IMG/VR virus record: IMGVR_UViG_3300031087_000004
Reading direction: 5' to 3' (one strand)
DNA from: a virus
Length of the DNA: 44,346 nt
Below, piece after piece: positions 31,463 through 39,096 of the stretch (the first letter of the stretch is position 1; each line of letters opens with the position of its first letter). The notes below the pieces were generated by a model. That model was not told the DNA's origin. It did not search any database and worked only from the letters and a program-made list of their open reading frames with translations. Both the position numbers and the translations under genes were made by a program.

Positions 31463-31494
31463 GCCGGTACTCTACGGGGTACCGGCATTTTTTT
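31463..31494 (+). terminator. Rho-independent terminator downstream of int
   Basis: gccggtac-tctacggg-gtaccggc followed by a and seven T. Confidence 0.85.
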
Positions 31495-31516
31495 GGCCTA
31501 AATTCACGGGTGGCAA

Positions 31517-31548
31517 TTGACATATGGATGCGGCAATGCAAATATACG
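31517..31548 (+). promoter_or_regulatory. Candidate sigma70-type promoter for the recombination/replication operon
   Basis: Perfect TTGACA at 31517-31522. The AT-rich aatatacg at 31541-31548 is a possible -10 and contains a TATACG operator half-site. The -10 assignment is uncertain. Confidence 0.35.
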
Positions 31549-31575
31549 TCCGAACCAACCAAAAAGGACAATCAC

Positions 31576-32937
31576 ATGCAACCAGGTATTTACCAAAATA
31601 TCAGCAATGACGCATACCATATGGGGCCGGGAGTCAGTAAGACCGACCTTAAACTGGCTGAGAAATCGCTGAAAACCTATCGCGCCATTAAAAACGGCGA
31701 AATCCCCAAGAAAGAAACCATCTACAAGGATCTGGGCAAAGCGTTTCACGAACTGGTCCTGGAGCCGGAAGAGTTTAAAAAGCACTATTGCAAGCCGCTG
31801 ACCATTGAAGCCGCAGAGCGCCAGGGCATCAAGGTGCTGGACAGCAGCGAAAAGATTCTGGCGATGGTTAATGACCTGAACCAGATTAAACGCGATGAAT
31901 TCACCGAGCAGGGGATCATTACCAGCCCCGACGTGCTGGTGGAAATGCTTAATGAAATGAACAAAACCCGCCTGCCAAAACTGAGCACCAGCGGCGCTAA
32001 AGCAGCACTGATCGAAGTGATTACCCAAAACTGGGATTCGCAGATGGGTGATGTGCCTGAATATGGCGTGCTGTCAGCCATGAAAGGCCCGGATTTAAAA
32101 AACATTATCGAACGTCTGAACGAAAGCCGCCCGGGCCTGCTGTCTACCAGCGGAAGCCGTGACGACCTGGCCCAGCGCCTGCGCGATAACGGAGCATCGA
32201 TCGCGTGCAGTTGGGAAGTGGAAAAAATGAACATGGAAGCCACGGGCCGCCCTTACTTCCTGGGATCCGGCAAGACCAAAGCGGAAATGATCGACTGGCT
32301 GAACGGCGAGCAGTACAAAGGCGGCAACTGGCGCAGCTGGGAAATGGTTAAGGCAGAGTGGGCGGAGAACAACCCGGATCGAACCATCCTGACCGAAGAG
32401 GAATGGACGAAAGTTCACGGCATGCGCGACGCCCTGCTGGATCACCCGTGGGCGCGTAAGTTGCTTTGGCCGCAAAAAGGTGGCGTGGCTGAGCAGTCAA
32501 TTTACTGGACGGATAAAGAAACCGGCGAGTTATGCCGCTGCCGTCCTGACTTTATGCGCTACGACAACCGCCCGGTGGATTTGAAGAGCGCCAACGATGC
32601 CAGCGAAGAAGGATTTAAAAAGGCGATCGAAACCTACGGCTACGACATGCAGCAGGAATTTTATCTGGACGGCATCGAAGCAGCCACGGGCGTGCGCCCG
32701 AAGAATATGCCGTTTGTGGTGGTTGAGTCCGAAGCGCCTTACCTCGTTAACGTTCACGTGTTAGGGCTTGAATATTGCTACATCGGGAAAGGGCGGTACC
32801 GGACGGCGCTTAACGCCATCCATGAGGCGAAGGAATCCGGCGAGTGGCCCGGGTACCCGGAAGACATTCACGTGCTGGAGCCTCGCCGTTTTTACGCGCA
32901 GCAGCACGCGCAGTATCTGCCAGACAGTAACTGGTAA
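31576..32937 (+). CDS. RecE-family (exonuclease VIII-like) PD-(D/E)XK 5'-3' exonuclease
   Basis: ATG 31576 after aagga. MQPGIYQNISNDAYHMGPGVSKTDLKL is the typical RecE C-terminal domain start. ...CRCRPDFMRYDNRPVDLKSAND...YGYDMQQEFY is the nuclease core. Confidence 0.75.
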   Translation: MQPGIYQNISNDAYHMGPGVSKTDLKLAEKSLKTYRAIKNGEIPKKETIYKDLGKAFHELVLEPEEFKKHYCKPLTIEAAERQGIKVLDSSEKILAMVNDLNQIKRDEFTEQGIITSPDVLVEMLNEMNKTRLPKLSTSGAKAALIEVITQNWDSQMGDVPEYGVLSAMKGPDLKNIIERLNESRPGLLSTSGSRDDLAQRLRDNGASIACSWEVEKMNMEATGRPYFLGSGKTKAEMIDWLNGEQYKGGNWRSWEMVKAEWAENNPDRTILTEEEWTKVHGMRDALLDHPWARKLLWPQKGGVAEQSIYWTDKETGELCRCRPDFMRYDNRPVDLKSANDASEEGFKKAIETYGYDMQQEFYLDGIEAATGVRPKNMPFVVVESEAPYLVNVHVLGLEYCYIGKGRYRTALNAIHEAKESGEWPGYPEDIHVLEPRRFYAQQHAQYLPDSNW

Positions 32938-32976
32938 TTGAGCCGGCCAAATTAACCGAAACAGGAAAGTAAAAAA

Positions 32977-33972
32977 ATGACCCAGGAAAAACCATTAGTT
33001 TTAGCCATTCGTCGCGCCATGCGAGACGCCGCCCGCCTTGTGATCGCCTTTGCTGGGATCAGCGGCAGCGGCAAGACCCGCACGGCGATAGAGTTCGCTT
33101 TCGGGCTTGCCAACTACGACGCGGATAAAATCGGCTTTATCGACGCCGAAAACAAACGCGGAAGCCTTTACGCAGACTGTCTGGACAACCACCCGAAAAA
33201 CCCGGAAAAGAAACGCTTCTGGATCGGCGACCTGCAGCCGCCATTCAGCCCGAGCCGATACGCCCAGGCTATCAAGCAGTTTGAAGACCACGGCGTGGAG
33301 GTGCTGATCATCGACTCCGCGACGCATGAGTGGGAAGGCGAAGGCGGCGCGCAGCAAATTGCCGAAGACAACGCCACGCAATGGGGCAAGAAAGACTGGG
33401 CAAAAGCGAAAGACGCCCATAAGAAATTCATGAACACACTTTTACAGTGCAACATGCACGTGATCGTCTGCGTGCGCGCCCGTGAAAAAACCAAAGAGGA
33501 AAAGAACGACAAAAACAAACTGGTGGTGACGTCGCTGGGCATCCAGCCGATCCAGGAAAAGAATTTCATGTTTGAAATGTCAGCCAGCGTCATGATGTGG
33601 AACGAAGGCCAGATGCAGACCGCGTACAAAGTACCCGGCGAGTTAAAGCCATTCCTGGGCCGTGGTGAGGGTTATATCACCAGCGAAGACGGCTACGCAG
33701 TGCGCAAATGGGTGGAGGGTGGCAACCAGATCGACCAGAAGGTGGAGAAACTGCGCAACAAACTGGTGGGCGAAACCGAAGCAGGCGAAGCCAACCTGCG
33801 CGAAAAATGGGGCATGCTGTCAGACGCCCAGCGCACTGCAGTTACAGAGGATTTCTTTGAAACGCTGCTGACCAGCGCCAGAGAGTACGACATGCAACGC
33901 GCAGATGCTGCAGACGCGAAAGCGGGCGGCGCTGGCGTTACCGACTTAACCAATTCACTGGCTGATGACTGA
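32977..33972 (+). CDS. AAA_24 / Sak4-like RecA-fold ATPase (putative single-strand annealing/recombination protein)
   Basis: Walker A GISGSGKT and Walker B VLIIDSATHEW. 331 aa, located between the exonuclease and SSB. Confidence 0.7.
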   Translation: MTQEKPLVLAIRRAMRDAARLVIAFAGISGSGKTRTAIEFAFGLANYDADKIGFIDAENKRGSLYADCLDNHPKNPEKKRFWIGDLQPPFSPSRYAQAIKQFEDHGVEVLIIDSATHEWEGEGGAQQIAEDNATQWGKKDWAKAKDAHKKFMNTLLQCNMHVIVCVRAREKTKEEKNDKNKLVVTSLGIQPIQEKNFMFEMSASVMMWNEGQMQTAYKVPGELKPFLGRGEGYITSEDGYAVRKWVEGGNQIDQKVEKLRNKLVGETEAGEANLREKWGMLSDAQRTAVTEDFFETLLTSAREYDMQRADAADAKAGGAGVTDLTNSLADD

Positions 33973-34325
33973 TGAAAGAACAGCGCCTTACCACGAAGCA
34001 GCTGGCTAAACGCCTGAATGTTTCGACCAGATCGATCCGGTTATGGCGCGCAAATAAAAACGGCCCCAAGTGGGGCCGTTACGGTGCGCGCGTCGAATAC
34101 TTACTAACTGACGTGGAAGCGTGGGAGCAGGACAGGGCAAAAGCGATGCAGGAGCATTACAGCACCAAGCAGCTTGCCGGACTCCTGGAATTATCCGAAA
34201 CCACGATTATTATGTGGCGCTGGCAAAACAAAGGGCCAGCCTACAACAAGGCGGGGCGGCGCGTTTCGTACCCCAAAAACACTACCATTGAATGGGCGAA
34301 AGAAAATGGCTATGAAATCGAATGA
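33972..34325 (+). CDS. DNA-binding protein with two tandem excisionase/MerR-type (HTH_17-like) domains
   Basis: LTTKQLAKRLNVSTRSIRLWRANKNGPKWGRYGARVEYLLTDVEAWE and YSTKQLAGLLELSETTIIMWRWQNKGPAYNKAGRRVSYPKNTTIEWA form an internal duplication. Confidence 0.65.
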   Translation: MKEQRLTTKQLAKRLNVSTRSIRLWRANKNGPKWGRYGARVEYLLTDVEAWEQDRAKAMQEHYSTKQLAGLLELSETTIIMWRWQNKGPAYNKAGRRVSYPKNTTIEWAKENGYEIE

Positions 34326-34620
34326 GACAGTAAACGGGCGCTACTTTTTCCGCTGGAGTTCCCCAGAGGGGCAGGCAGCGTTAAAAGCGGCCAATATCGC
34401 GCTGGCATCCAGTGGCCTGCAGATCCACTACGACACCGGCATGGCCCCGGGCCTGCTGGGCGAAGAAGTGCCGGACGTTCACACCGAAACGCACCAGCAG
34501 ACAGTCGCCACGGCCCAGCGCGTGGAGCAGGAAGAGCAGCAGCGCCAGCAGGAAGTCGCTGATCGTATTCGCCAGGCGGAAGCAGCCGCCGCAGAACGGG
34601 CAAAGAAAACCAATGAGTAA
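34306..34620 (+). CDS. Hypothetical protein (Q/E-rich C-terminus)
   Basis: ATG 34306, 104 aa, overlaps the neighbouring genes at both ends. Confidence 0.5.
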   Translation: MAMKSNETVNGRYFFRWSSPEGQAALKAANIALASSGLQIHYDTGMAPGLLGEEVPDVHTETHQQTVATAQRVEQEEQQRQQEVADRIRQAEAAAAERAKKTNE

Positions 34621-34909
34621 AATCACCGTGGCAGCGTCGCCACTGACCCGCACCATTTTTGCAGGGCGGGCCAAACCGGCAGACAAGCGCAACCCTACCG
34701 GGCCGCAGCAGTGGATCAACAAAGAAGACGTTACGCAGGCGGCGGTGATCGCCGTGGCGCAGCACCTGGGCCAGCCCGGGGCATATCTGGAGCTGGGCGG
34801 CCCAGGACAACCCACCGTTATGCTGGCGTTACTGAGCGCGAGCGACTTCGCGCTGCTGGAAGCGGCACGACTGGCGAATGCAAAAGAGGCGGCAGAGAAT
34901 GGCGAGTAA
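34613..34909 (+). CDS. Hypothetical protein
   Basis: ATG 34613 overlaps the upstream stop. 98 aa, [21 protein letters not shown]... Confidence 0.5.
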   Translation: MSKITVAASPLTRTIFAGRAKPADKRNPTGPQQWINKEDVTQAAVIAVAQHLGQPGAYLELGGPGQPTVMLALLSASDFALLEAARLANAKEAAENGE

Positions 34910-35459
34910 GGGCGTAAACAAAGTTATCCTGGTGGGCAATCTGGGGCAGGATCCCGAAGTGCGTTACATGCCGAACGGTAACGCGGTTGCCAATATCAGC
35001 CTGGCGACGTCGGAAAGCTGGCGCGACAAGCAGACCGGGGAGCAGAAAGAGATCACCGAGTGGCACCGCGTCGTCTTCTTTGGGAAGCTGGCCGAAGTGG
35101 TGGGCGAGTACGCCAAAAAAGGGACGCAGATGTATGTCGAAGGCCAGTTGAAAACCCGCAAGTGGCAGGACGCGCAGGGCGTCGATCGCTACACCACGGA
35201 AATTGTGGTGAACGTGGGCGGTACCATGCAGCTGCTGGGCGGACGTCAAAACGGCGGATCCCAGCAGACGGCCGGCGGCGGGCAAAATAACAACGGATGG
35301 GGGCAACCGCAGCAGCCGCAGGGCACCGGCCAGCAGCAATTCAGCGGCACACCTGAGCAGCAGCAGGCAGCCCGTAACGCGGCAGCGCATAACATGAACC
35401 GCACGCCACCACCGGGTAACGAACCACCGATGGATTTCGACGACGACATTCCTTTTTAA
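34899..35459 (+). CDS. ssb: Single-stranded DNA-binding protein
   Basis: [63 protein letters not shown], a Gly/Gln-rich tail, and a C-terminal DFDDDIPF. Confidence 0.95.
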   Translation: MASKGVNKVILVGNLGQDPEVRYMPNGNAVANISLATSESWRDKQTGEQKEITEWHRVVFFGKLAEVVGEYAKKGTQMYVEGQLKTRKWQDAQGVDRYTTEIVVNVGGTMQLLGGRQNGGSQQTAGGGQNNNGWGQPQQPQGTGQQQFSGTPEQQQAARNAAAHNMNRTPPPGNEPPMDFDDDIPF

Positions 35460-35468
35460 CTGACCAAT

Positions 35469-35491
35469 GGGCGGCACCCGCCGCCCTTTTT
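35469..35491 (+). terminator. Rho-independent terminator after ssb
   Basis: gggcggc-accc-gccgccc followed by ttttt. Confidence 0.75.
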
Positions 35492-35505
35492 CATGGGGCT
35501 AAATT

Positions 35506-36903
35506 ATGGCGATGCTGGCGCAAGCACCGGAAGAAATTAACCTGCGCGAGTTTCAGGGGCGAATGACCCGCGAGGCGTCGGATCATTTCCGCAAGGGCAA
35601 AAAAGCAGTGCTGCTGCAGTCGCCAACTGGCAGCGGCAAAACGGTTAAAGCGTGCTGGATGATCCAGCAGGCGCTGCGGCGTGCGAAGTCATGCTGGTTT
35701 ATCTGCCACCGCGTGGAGCTGCTGGGCGGCACGTCTAACACCTTCAACAAGTACGGCATGGATCACGGCTACGTCGCCGCGGGCCTGCCTATGGACACCT
35801 CAAAGCAGTTAATGGTCTGCCTGATTGATACGCTCAAAAACCGCCTGGCGGTCATGCGCGCACCGCAGCTGGCAATCTTTGACGAAGCGCACCACTGTGG
35901 CGCAGAGGGCTGGGCGGAAGTGCTTCACTGGCTGCTGAAAATGGGCAGCTATGTGATCGGACTGAGTGCGACACCTGAACGCCTGGACGGCGTGGGGCTT
36001 GATGAATTTTTCGAAGAAATGGTGGAAGGGCCGCAACCCGCATGGCTGATGGAGCATGGCTATCTGTCGCGGTATCGGATGTTTTGCCCTGAGAACGTGG
36101 GCGAAAAGAAACTGGTGGGCGATATGATCACCCAGTACCAGAAAAACATGCCCGGTTATAAGTTCGTGGGCTTCGCGAAAAATATCGCATCCTCGATCGA
36201 TTACGCGCGCAAGTTTACCGCCGCTGGGATCCCCTGCGCCCACCTCGATGGCAGCACGAAGAAGGAAGAGCGCAGCAAGATTATCCGGGCGTATGCAGAC
36301 GGCTACCTGGACGGCATATTTAACGTGGGGCTGTTTACGGAAGGGTTTGATCTGTCCGCCGTTGCCGGTACCGACGTAACCATAGACGGCCTGGTGGATA
36401 ACCAGCTGACCGAATCCTACGCCCTGCAGAAACAAAAATGGGGCAGGATCCTGCGCCCCCGCCCCGGCAAAATCGCGGTGATTAACGACCACGTGGGCAA
36501 CGACGCATTGCACGGGTACCCGGACGACGAAGAGATCTGGAGCCTCCACGGCGACCTTGCGTTTAAAGACAGGAAGAAGAACGCGAGCGGCAAGCCGCCA
36601 CCGGTTCACTGCGGCGGCTGCTTTAACAGCCTGAAACGCCCGCTGCCGGTAAAATGCCCGCACTGTGAAAGACCGGTACCGGACGGCATGGACAACATAC
36701 TGACCCATAAACCCGGCGCAATGGTGGAGGTGAGCGAAGAGCGCAAGCAGGTGAACCGCGTCAACAAGAAACAAGAGGAAATGGCCTGTAAAACGCTTAA
36801 CGAACTGGTGGCGCTGGCCGTGCGTCGCGGGCATAAAAACCCCCAGACGTGGGCAAGCGAGCAGTGGAATAAACGGTTAAGCCGGTACGCGATGATTGGC
36901 TAA
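35506..36903 (+). CDS. SF2 DEAD/DEAH-box helicase with a C-terminal zinc ribbon
   Basis: Motif I SPTGSGKT, motif II FDEAHH, SAT-like LSATPER. C-terminal CGGCFN...CPHCERP. Confidence 0.85.
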   Translation: MAMLAQAPEEINLREFQGRMTREASDHFRKGKKAVLLQSPTGSGKTVKACWMIQQALRRAKSCWFICHRVELLGGTSNTFNKYGMDHGYVAAGLPMDTSKQLMVCLIDTLKNRLAVMRAPQLAIFDEAHHCGAEGWAEVLHWLLKMGSYVIGLSATPERLDGVGLDEFFEEMVEGPQPAWLMEHGYLSRYRMFCPENVGEKKLVGDMITQYQKNMPGYKFVGFAKNIASSIDYARKFTAAGIPCAHLDGSTKKEERSKIIRAYADGYLDGIFNVGLFTEGFDLSAVAGTDVTIDGLVDNQLTESYALQKQKWGRILRPRPGKIAVINDHVGNDALHGYPDDEEIWSLHGDLAFKDRKKNASGKPPPVHCGGCFNSLKRPLPVKCPHCERPVPDGMDNILTHKPGAMVEVSEERKQVNRVNKKQEEMACKTLNELVALAVRRGHKNPQTWASEQWNKRLSRYAMIG

Positions 36904-36924
36904 TAAAAAAGCATACATATGTTA

Positions 36925-36946
36925 TTGACCTATACGCCCGTATAGA
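36925..36946 (+). promoter_or_regulatory. Operator palindrome, site b, abutting a -35-like TTGACC
   Basis: TTGACC at 36925-36930 and CTATACGccCGTATAG at 36930-36945. Intergenic, upstream of ORF 36998. A GC hairpin (ggcggc/gccgcc, 36962-36979) follows. Confidence 0.55.
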
Positions 36947-36997
36947 TTACCTTAGTTAACAGGCGGCGCACCTGCCGCCCTTAACTGAGGATCCACC

Positions 36998-37321
36998 ATG
37001 TTTAAATCACTCCTGAAATATTTCAAACGCCAGCCAGCTGGCTACCGCGTAGACCTGGGCAACGGCGCTTTTGTTTTTGCCTCCACCGCAGAGCAGGCAG
37101 CCGAATTCGCCTACATTATCCAGCGCAATGACGCTGACGCTAAAGCGCATAATGACCAGTGTCTGGCTCTTTCGCTGGAAGCCCATCGAATCCAGCGGAT
37201 TACCGACGCGCTAAACGCCCTGCCTGAACCCGCATCAATCGACACCCGCGTGGCCCGCCAGGAGCATATGCCGCATAAACGCATCGCCAGCGGCAACCAT
37301 CCAAAACTGAAAGGCTATTAG
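36998..37321 (+). CDS. Hypothetical protein
   Basis: 107 aa, with gagga SD before the ATG. Confidence 0.55.
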   Translation: MFKSLLKYFKRQPAGYRVDLGNGAFVFASTAEQAAEFAYIIQRNDADAKAHNDQCLALSLEAHRIQRITDALNALPEPASIDTRVARQEHMPHKRIASGNHPKLKGY

Positions 37322-37329
37322 GGGGCACC

Positions 37330-37554
37330 GTGGCGCAGACTCTTAATTTTGAAAACTCACGGATTAAGAAAGACGGCGCACGGAAGCACCTCATTTTGTC
37401 GGACGGACGCGAATACATGCGCGTAAGCCCGGGCGACTGGCGAGGATTCGTAAAGCCAGTCGCGGAAGGCGGGCACCCACCACACTGGCGCAGGCCATCC
37501 AGCAACATAGCCAAACAGCTGGAAAGTTATTTCAGAAAGGCAGGTAAAAAATGA
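37330..37554 (+). CDS. Hypothetical basic protein (GTG start)
   Basis: 74 aa ORF with a G-rich SD just upstream. The start codon is uncertain. Confidence 0.45.
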   Translation: MAQTLNFENSRIKKDGARKHLILSDGREYMRVSPGDWRGFVKPVAEGGHPPHWRRPSSNIAKQLESYFRKAGKK

Positions 37555-37682
37555 TATTCCGCGTGCGAGTCCTGCGCCTGCTGGTGACTATCAAGCGCGA
37601 AAGGCGCTATTTAATACCGCACATTTTAATCATGGCGGTACTCATTGAAATAATCGCAATTGCTATCGAGGTGAACAAATGA
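37551..37682 (+). CDS. Small hydrophobic protein (43 aa), translationally coupled on both sides
   Basis: Hand translation: MIFRVRVLRLLVTIKRERRYLIPHILIMAVLIEIIAIAIEVNK. ATGA overlaps at 37551-54 and 37679-82. Confidence 0.4.
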   Translation: MIFRVRVLRLLVTIKRERRYLIPHILIMAVLIEIIAIAIEVNK

Positions 37683-37903
37683 TCTACCGCAGAATGACCA
37701 CGATCCGGGGCCGGATCGAAATCGTGTTGGGCCAGAACCTTTCCGAACCCGGCAAAGAGACAGCCGCAACCCTGAGCAAAGAAAGCCCTTTCACCGAATT
37801 CATGGTGCAAAAGGGCCGCCGTGTTAACCGTGACGCTATGGCTAAGTACCTGCGCCAGCTGCGTCGTGAGCTGCGCGAATTCGTGAGGGATGCAGATGCT
37901 TAA
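37679..37903 (+). CDS. Hypothetical protein
   Basis: 74 aa, ATGA overlap with the upstream micro-ORF. Confidence 0.5.
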   Translation: MIYRRMTTIRGRIEIVLGQNLSEPGKETAATLSKESPFTEFMVQKGRRVNRDAMAKYLRQLRRELREFVRDADA

Positions 37904-37979
37904 CAGCCTGATCCGTTATGCCGTTGGCGCGTATATCGCGCTGATGGTGGTAATTCTCTTTGGAGATTGGACGCTATGA
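37896..37979 (+). CDS. Micro-ORF encoding a 27-aa single-TM peptide
   Basis: Hand translation: MLNSLIRYAVGAYIALMVVILFGDWTL. ATGA overlap with the next gene at 37976-79. Confidence 0.35.
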   Translation: MLNSLIRYAVGAYIALMVVILFGDWTL

Positions 37980-38362
37980 AAAAGTTAATTATTGCCGCCC
38001 TGCTGCTGGCATCTTTCGGTCTGGCCGCAGCTGACGAAATCGAAGGCCCGATGGACGAAAACGGCGTTATCCAGCTGGCTGGTGGTGACGACGATCAGGA
38101 GCCAGCACCTAACCCGGCGCTGCAGGATATGGATCAGACCTTTTACTGCGTGGAGCTGCAGAAGCTGGCCGAATTCATGACCCACCGGCGCAAAGAGGGC
38201 GCGCCCGAATCCTACGTGGTGCAGATCCTTGCCCAGAACAACCGGCAGGATTTGATCTGGATTGCGCGCCGGGTTTACTGGCCGCAGAACTGGGACAAAA
38301 CCCCTGAGCAGGTGGGCTTTCAGGTCTGGCAGGCGTGCGAGGATAAAAAAAGAAATAGATAA
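37976..38362 (+). CDS. Secreted/periplasmic hypothetical protein with a Sec signal peptide
   Basis: MKKLIIAALLLASFGLAAADE is a classical signal peptide. 128 aa. The track ORF starts at an upstream TTG. Confidence 0.6.
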   Translation: MKKLIIAALLLASFGLAAADEIEGPMDENGVIQLAGGDDDQEPAPNPALQDMDQTFYCVELQKLAEFMTHRRKEGAPESYVVQILAQNNRQDLIWIARRVYWPQNWDKTPEQVGFQVWQACEDKKRNR

Positions 38363-38365
38363 GTG

Positions 38366-38394
38366 TTGCCTATACGAACGTATAGATATATATT
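38366..38394 (+). promoter_or_regulatory. Early promoter candidate with operator palindrome (site c)
   Basis: TTGCCT at 38366-38371; 17 nt; TATATT at 38389-38394. CTATACGaaCGTATAG at 38370-38385 occupies the spacer. Confidence 0.55.
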
Positions 38395-38447
38395 CTTTTC
38401 ACGGGGCAGCGTGGGGCCGCCCGGACAAGCAAAAATGAGGTAACACC

Positions 38448-38561
38448 ATGTTTAATTCAATGTCTCGCCGTACCGCTATCCAATTCGTAGTCCTGGCTTC
38501 TGCCGCTGTCTGGTTTGTTGGTACCGTCGCCGCAGTTAAAGTTGCAGCCTGGCTGCTGTAA
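38448..38561 (+). CDS. Small membrane protein (37 aa)
   Basis: gagg lies 7 nt before ATG 38448. MFNSMSRRTAIQFVVLASAAVWFVGTVAAVKVAAWLL. Confidence 0.45.
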   Translation: MFNSMSRRTAIQFVVLASAAVWFVGTVAAVKVAAWLL

Positions 38562-38571
38562 GGGGGCTGCA

Positions 38572-39096
38572 ATGTCTAACAGTGATAACGACGCTGACCG
38601 GATCTACCTGAACCACCAGACGCCGGAATACCCGGGTAAGCGTGGCAAAAACGATCCTGACTACAAAAAGCCAGTGAGCCGCGAACACGAACTGCAGAAC
38701 GCAATCCGCAACGATCTGGCAGGCGAATGCCTGCTGTTTCGTGCCAACGTGGGTACCGGCTGGCAGGCAACCGGCAAGCCTGAGCGTTACAGCAAGCCCA
38801 CTACGGTGGTTATCAACCGCGGCGACGTGGTGCTGCGCAAGGCGCGACCTTTCGACACGGGCTTGCCTGCTGGCTTCTCTGACTTATTCGGCGTAACCAG
38901 TATCACTATCACGCCGGAAATGGTGGGCAAGCGGGTGGGCGTCTTCTTCGCGATGGAGGTTAAAGACCAGGCGCAGGCCAGCCGGGAGCAGGCCAACTTT
39001 CTGCAGGCGGTGAAGGATAACGGCGGCATCGCCGGAATCGCTAAGAGTACGGAGGACGCGCGGCGCATCGTGCGTAAAAAGAAACATGGTGACTAA
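38572..39096 (+). CDS. VRR-NUC domain nuclease
   Basis: ...EHELQNAIRNDLAGECLLFRANVG...GFSDLFGV...FFAMEVKDQAQASREQANFLQAVKDNGG fits the VRR-NUC (PD-(D/E)XK: D..EVK..Q) layout. Confidence 0.75.
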   Translation: MSNSDNDADRIYLNHQTPEYPGKRGKNDPDYKKPVSREHELQNAIRNDLAGECLLFRANVGTGWQATGKPERYSKPTTVVINRGDVVLRKARPFDTGLPAGFSDLFGVTSITITPEMVGKRVGVFFAMEVKDQAQASREQANFLQAVKDNGGIAGIAKSTEDARRIVRKKKHGD

